64,000 nt of DNA from Azolla caroliniana (taxonomy: Eukaryota; Plantae; Polypodiophyta): NCBI GenBank assembly GCA_043228905.1, contig JBHGNT010000012.1, positions 14,694,001 through 14,758,000 on the forward strand. Reading direction: 5' to 3'. The notes beneath the pieces were generated by a model. The model was not told the origin of the DNA. It saw only the letters and a list, made by a program, of their open reading frames with translations, and searched no databases. The position numbers and the translations under genes were made by a program. Each line of letters opens with the position of its first letter. The first letter of the stretch is position 1. This document shows positions 59,201 through 64,000 of the stretch, piece by piece.

Positions 59201-61631
59201 GACCGGTTAGCACTCGAGGATCCGGCCGAAGACGGTGAAGAAACAGAACCGGCCAAAGAAGATGAAAATGATACCGGAACCGGCCCCGATCCCGAAATGG
59301 ATTCGGATGAAGAAGAATCGGAAGAACCGGTTACCGAAGCTCCGGAACGGAGATATCCTCTAAGAGAGAGAAGGGCCCCCCGGAGATTTCCGGAACCAGA
59401 GCACGTGCTGCTAACCGACGAGGGGGAGCCGGAGAGCTTTGAAGAAGCAAAACATGACACCTAGAGCCGCAGGTGGTTGAGTGCCATGCAGGACGAGATG
59501 GATTCCCTGCATGAGAACCACACATATGAACTTGTGGAGCTGCCGAAAGGAAAACGGGCACTCCGTAACAAGTGGGTGTTCAAGCTGAAACTGGGAGATG
59601 CCGGAAACCCCCCGAGATACAAAGCCAGGATCGTGGTGAAGGGGTTTCAGCAGAAGAAGGGCGTCGACTTCGACGAGATATTTGCCCCGGTAGTGAAGAT
59701 GACCTCCATCCGGACGGTGCTGAGCATAGCGGCAAGCATGGACCTCGAGGTAGAACAGATGGACGTGAAGACGGCATTCCTTCACGGTGACCTCGATGAA
59801 GAGATCTACATGCAACAACCTGAAGGATTCGAGAAGAAAGGAAAGGAGCACCTGGTATGCCGGTTGAAGAAGAGCCTTTACGGACTGAAGCAGGCTCCCC
59901 GGCAATGGTACCGGAAGTTCGACTCCTTCATGACCGACGAAGGGTACCTCAAAACGCAGTCCGACCACTGCGTGTTTGTGAAGAAGTTCGAAGGAGGAGA
60001 CTTTCTAATACTCCTCCTGTACGTGGACGACATGTTGATCGTCGGACGGGACCAGGTCAAGATACGGATGCTGAAGAAGGCTCTTCACCGAACCTTCTCA
60101 ATGAAGGACCTGGGTTCGGCGAGACAAATACTAGGGATGCACATCATCCGGGACCGGAAGAAGAAGCTGTTGTGGCTGTCACAGGAGAAGTACGTGACGA
60201 AGGTGCTTCACCGGTTCAACATGTCGGAAGCAAGACCGGTCGGATCGACCCTCCCGGCAAACTGCAAGCTGTCCAGCAAGCAAAGTCCCAAGACAAAGGC
60301 TGAAAAGGAGGATATGATGAAAGTGCCGTATGCCTCAGCCGTCGGGAGCTTGATGTACGCCATGGTGTGTACGAGACCGGACATAGGATATGCAGTCGGA
60401 GTGGTGAGCCGGTACATGAGCAATCCCGGCAAAGAGCATTGGAACGCGGCCAAGTGGATACTCCGATACCTGAAGGGCACGGCAAACGTGTGCCTCCGAT
60501 TCGGCTCCGGTAAGCCCGAACTCGACGGCTTCACCGATTCGGATATGTCGGCTGATGCAGATACCAGCCGGTCCACATCAGGGTATGTGATGACGTATGC
60601 AGGGGGAGCCGTTTCATGGCAGTCGAGGCTGCAGAAGACGGTTGCGTTGTCAACCACGGAGGCGGAGTACATGGCAGCTGTTGAAGCCGGCAAGGAAGTA
60701 ATATGGATGAAGGACTTCATTAGAGAGCTCGGTATCCGGCAGGAGGAGTACCGACTCTACTGCGACAGTCAGAGTGCAATCCACCTTGCGAAGAACGCGG
60801 CCTATCACTCCCGGACGAAGCACATCCAGCGAAGATATCACTGGATCCGGGAAAGGATAGAAGACAAGGAGTTCGTGCTGACAAAGATCCACACGGACGA
60901 GAACGGGTCGGATATGCTGACCAAGGTGCTCACACCCGACAAGCTGGAAGCATGCCGGAAGAGGATCGGATTGGAAAGACATCCCATGCCGAAGTGAAGG
61001 GGGAGTTTGTTGGGATTACGGTCCCTTCGGATGGGATGGTCGGATGTCGGAGATGAATGCCGACAAGCCCGGTTTCGGTTTCGGAACCGGATGATGAAGA
61101 CCCCGACTTCGGAGTCGGATGACGAATGTACCCGAAGAAGAGATCCGGATGCAGGGACATATCCGTGAATATGTCTGCTAAGGGCCCCCCCCTTGAGGCT
61201 ATAGTTGTAAATAGCCCTAAAGTCATATATGTATAAATATGACTTAGGGCAAACAGTTTTTGTGTTGCTATTCATTTTTCTGTTTTTCCACTCTAGAGGA
61301 GTGAAGAGAGAGAGCAGCCGTGAGAGAGAGAGAGATAGATCGCGAGAGAGAGAGAGAGGAAGAGGTCGACGCCTCTGTGTATTTCCGCCGCCTGTGGCGA
61401 GGACAGCGAGCTCAAGGTCGTCGCCTTGCAGCTCGCCATTGTATACTTCTTTTGTATAGTGTTGGTTTGGAGTCTTGTACTCCCGTGGTTTTTCCCATCT
61501 AGGGTTTTCCACGTTAATCCTTGTGTTCGCGTTTTGTTTCTTCGTTTGGTTCCTATTTTCTGCTGCATTGATCCGCGATTACTCGGTTGTGGCCGAGTGG
61601 TGAAGGTGAATCGAAGCGTTGATTCCCAACA
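56270..61631 (+). mobile_element. Very recent full-length Ty1/copia element T2 (Tork/Tnt1-like)
   Basis: 624-bp LTRs 56270-56893 and 61008-61631 with one visible substitution; perfect TSD ATAAC; PBS TGGTATCAGAGC 56897-56908; PPT 60991-61005. Confidence 0.98.
56924..60997 (+). CDS. gag-pol polyprotein of T2 with one in-frame TAG (59462-59464)
   Basis: 846-aa and 506-aa ORFs in the same frame; CCHC knuckle, DSG protease, integrase core, YVDD RT, RNase H. Confidence 0.95.
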
Positions 61632-62440
61632 ATAACTAATTCAATATACTATTAGCCAAAATAGTCTTTCCTTCTTCTCTCTTTCTTCAACTAATCTTCT
61701 TCTCACTTCTTCTAATCTTCTTATTCTTCCTCACTTCTTCTTGTAGACATTCTATTCTTCCCTCCTCTATTGCTAAGAATACCCTCATATTTCTAGGTTT
61801 TTAGTTGCGTTATTCTTGCTTTTTTCTTATATCCTCGAGTTTGTGTGATGCGTTTTTCATATCATTATTTCTGGTTTGTCATCTAAATTTATCATAAAAG
61901 AAAGCTCTCTTTGTCAGCTTTCTTAGAATCTTTTCTTTTGAAATTTGGACATGCGATGAAGAAGTTATGAGCTTTTTTCTCTACCTTGCTTTCTCTGCCT
62001 TTGTACGCGTTTTTCCTTTTTTCTACTTTTGGAAAACGCCTCTAACTTCATATCCCTTCAATCTCATTTTTCTTTTAACTCTTGAACCTTTCATTTTGTG
62101 CTTTATTCTTATACACCTTAGCATTTGATGTATCTGCCATGGTCTTTTCTTACGAGCAAAAATTGACTTCACAAGAATCAAACTCAACTTCCCTAGTTTG
62201 GGAACACACCCTAGTATACTCATGTGTGAACACCCTACTTCCTAATATAATAACTAGTGTTTCATAGAACCTTAAAGTTGTATGGCACATATTCAGTGTA
62301 ATTAAGTCTCCACCTCTCTTTAGTTAGTGTTGGTTGTATAGACAGAACTTGACTATATAAGCACCTTTCTCTCCCTCTTTGTAATAGTTGCTTGTCTTAT
62401 TCTTGTTAATATAGTTGGTTGACTATACAACTTAACTGTA

Positions 62441-62476
<36 letters not shown>

Positions 62477-63269
62477 ACAATGCTCTGCCTTTGATACAAT
62501 GCTCTGCCTTTGATCATATTCGACCATGCTTTACACATCTCTTCGATCAAGCCCAATCTTTGCATGAATTCCTCTCACAACCACAATGTGCACTCTCGAT
62601 TGCAACATTCATTGGTAAAGTTCTTGAACATCGAGAGTCACTACTCACTTTCACACATATCACGTGAAATGTAATATTTTTGGTCTCATAGGTCATATTT
62701 GACCTCCGAAGACGATAATATAATCTATCTATCTATCTATCTCTCTCTCTCTCTCGACTATACACACACACATATCTCTTCCATTGCACAGAATCATATC
62801 CAATTCTTTACATTCTCTAAGTGGGTGGTGTTGGTATCTAACGCAAGTTAGGACTATTCTAGAGAATGTATGATGAGGCATTCTCTAGAAGTTTCTAGAA
62901 AGTTCTAATGCTCAATGTACAATGTAACAAGTTGAATTTTATACAAGGATATTCCACATATGGTGTTCTTGATACAAATTCCTAGTATAAATATATCTCA
63001 TACTGATGTAACCTAATATTTAGGTCAACATTGAGACATTAACCTCCTAAAACCGCCCCCCAATACCCGCAATCGGATTATGTGGGTACCGTTGAGGAAA
63101 AGCTCGAATGGCCTTTGGAGCATTTTCGCCGACTACACAGGTCAGCACAACCAAGTGATGATAGTCGGCATGATCCTTATACCAGTTGCCAGATATACGG
63201 ATCTCAAGGAAAAGGTCACGATGTACATCTTGTAAAGTGCAGGCATGCACCTTTGCTGATAGATTGATG

Positions 63270-64000
63270 GAAATCACAACAGTTATTAAAACAGTCCAAG
63301 GATGTCTTCACTTGGTCATTTGAAGCTATGAAAGGTCTAGATCCAGCCTTCTGTCAGCATCAAATACATCTACACAAGGACGCAAAACCGGTGCAACAGA
63401 GGCATTACAGGTTGAATCTGAATTATGCGATCAAAGTAAAACAAGAAATTGACAAATTACTCAGAGTCGGATTTATTCGACCAGTCAAAAAGGCAACGTG
63501 CTTGAGTTTGATCGTGGTCATACCTAAGAAGAATGGAAAAATTCGAGTATGTGACAATTACCGTAAACTCACTGCAGCAACGGTAACAAACGCATTTCCA
63601 TTACCGTTTACTGATGGCATCCTAGATGTTGTAGCTGGTCATGAAATGTATAGTTTTCTGGATGGTTTTAGCGGCTATAACCAAGTTCGCATGCATCCGG
63701 ATGACCAGGAGAAGACAACCTTTATAACGGAATGGGGAGTATTCGTGGCGGTAGTCATGATGTTCGGCTTAAAAACGGCTCCAGCAACATTCCGAAAGGT
63801 AATTCAAGAAATCTTTCATCATTATATTCCTTCATTTATGCAAGTATTTCTCGATGATTTTGTAGTCTACAGTCGGAAGACCTATCACTTGGAACATTTA
63901 TGATTGTGTTTAGAACGGTGTCGACAAGGCTGAGTTAGCCTTAATCCGGCTAAATGTGCATTCGGAGTAACAAGCGGCTCATTACTGGGTCATATTGTAA
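63270..64000 (+). pseudogene. Ty3/gypsy RT fragment (G2/G4-like family)
   Basis: VAGHEMYSFLDGFSGYNQ, VMMFGLKTAPATF, VFLDD; runs off the window. Confidence 0.9.

Larger units (their letters stand above)
56140..62812 (+). repeat. 3' LTR of outer copia X, split by T2 (56140-56269 and 61637-62812)
   Basis: Follows PPT GAGGGGG; starts TGTTGAGAAT; ends CTTTACA; homologous to 7782-9029. Confidence 0.85.

Noticed and set aside
59462-59464. Programmed stop-codon readthrough as an established feature
   Set aside because: Context is not a known readthrough motif and the homologue has a sense codon; kept only as an alternative.
62813-63270. Possible LTR or host sequence upstream of the last gypsy RT
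   Set aside because: No partner repeat or diagnostic motif in the window.

Overview
Land-plant heterochromatin with no recognisable host gene. The (TTTAGGG)n repeats, tRNA-iMet primer sites and element families suggest a non-seed plant such as a fern, but the species cannot be fixed from the sequence. Most of the window (7782-62812) appears to be one old Ty1/copia element whose two LTRs have been pushed ~50 kb apart by nested insertions: two Ty3/gypsy elements with a long extra 3' ORF, three related copia elements, a solo gypsy LTR, a 5'-truncated L1 LINE, a Tork/Tnt1-like solo LTR and a very young Tork/Tnt1-like copia (56270-61631). The most unusual component is an endonuclease-less Penelope-like retroelement (~13.2-17.85 kb, minus strand). 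It has a coiled-coil ORF1, an RT ORF that ends where an endonuclease would normally begin, and a minimal type I hammerhead ribozyme (14055-14100). Other notable signals are tRNA-like modules inside two unrelated gypsy LTR families, two (CCCTAAA)3 fillers at indel scars, a 1.25-kb inverted duplication that records the order of events, a 2506-bp near-perfect tandem duplication, and an in-frame copia/gypsy RT fusion. All alignments and folds were done by eye.
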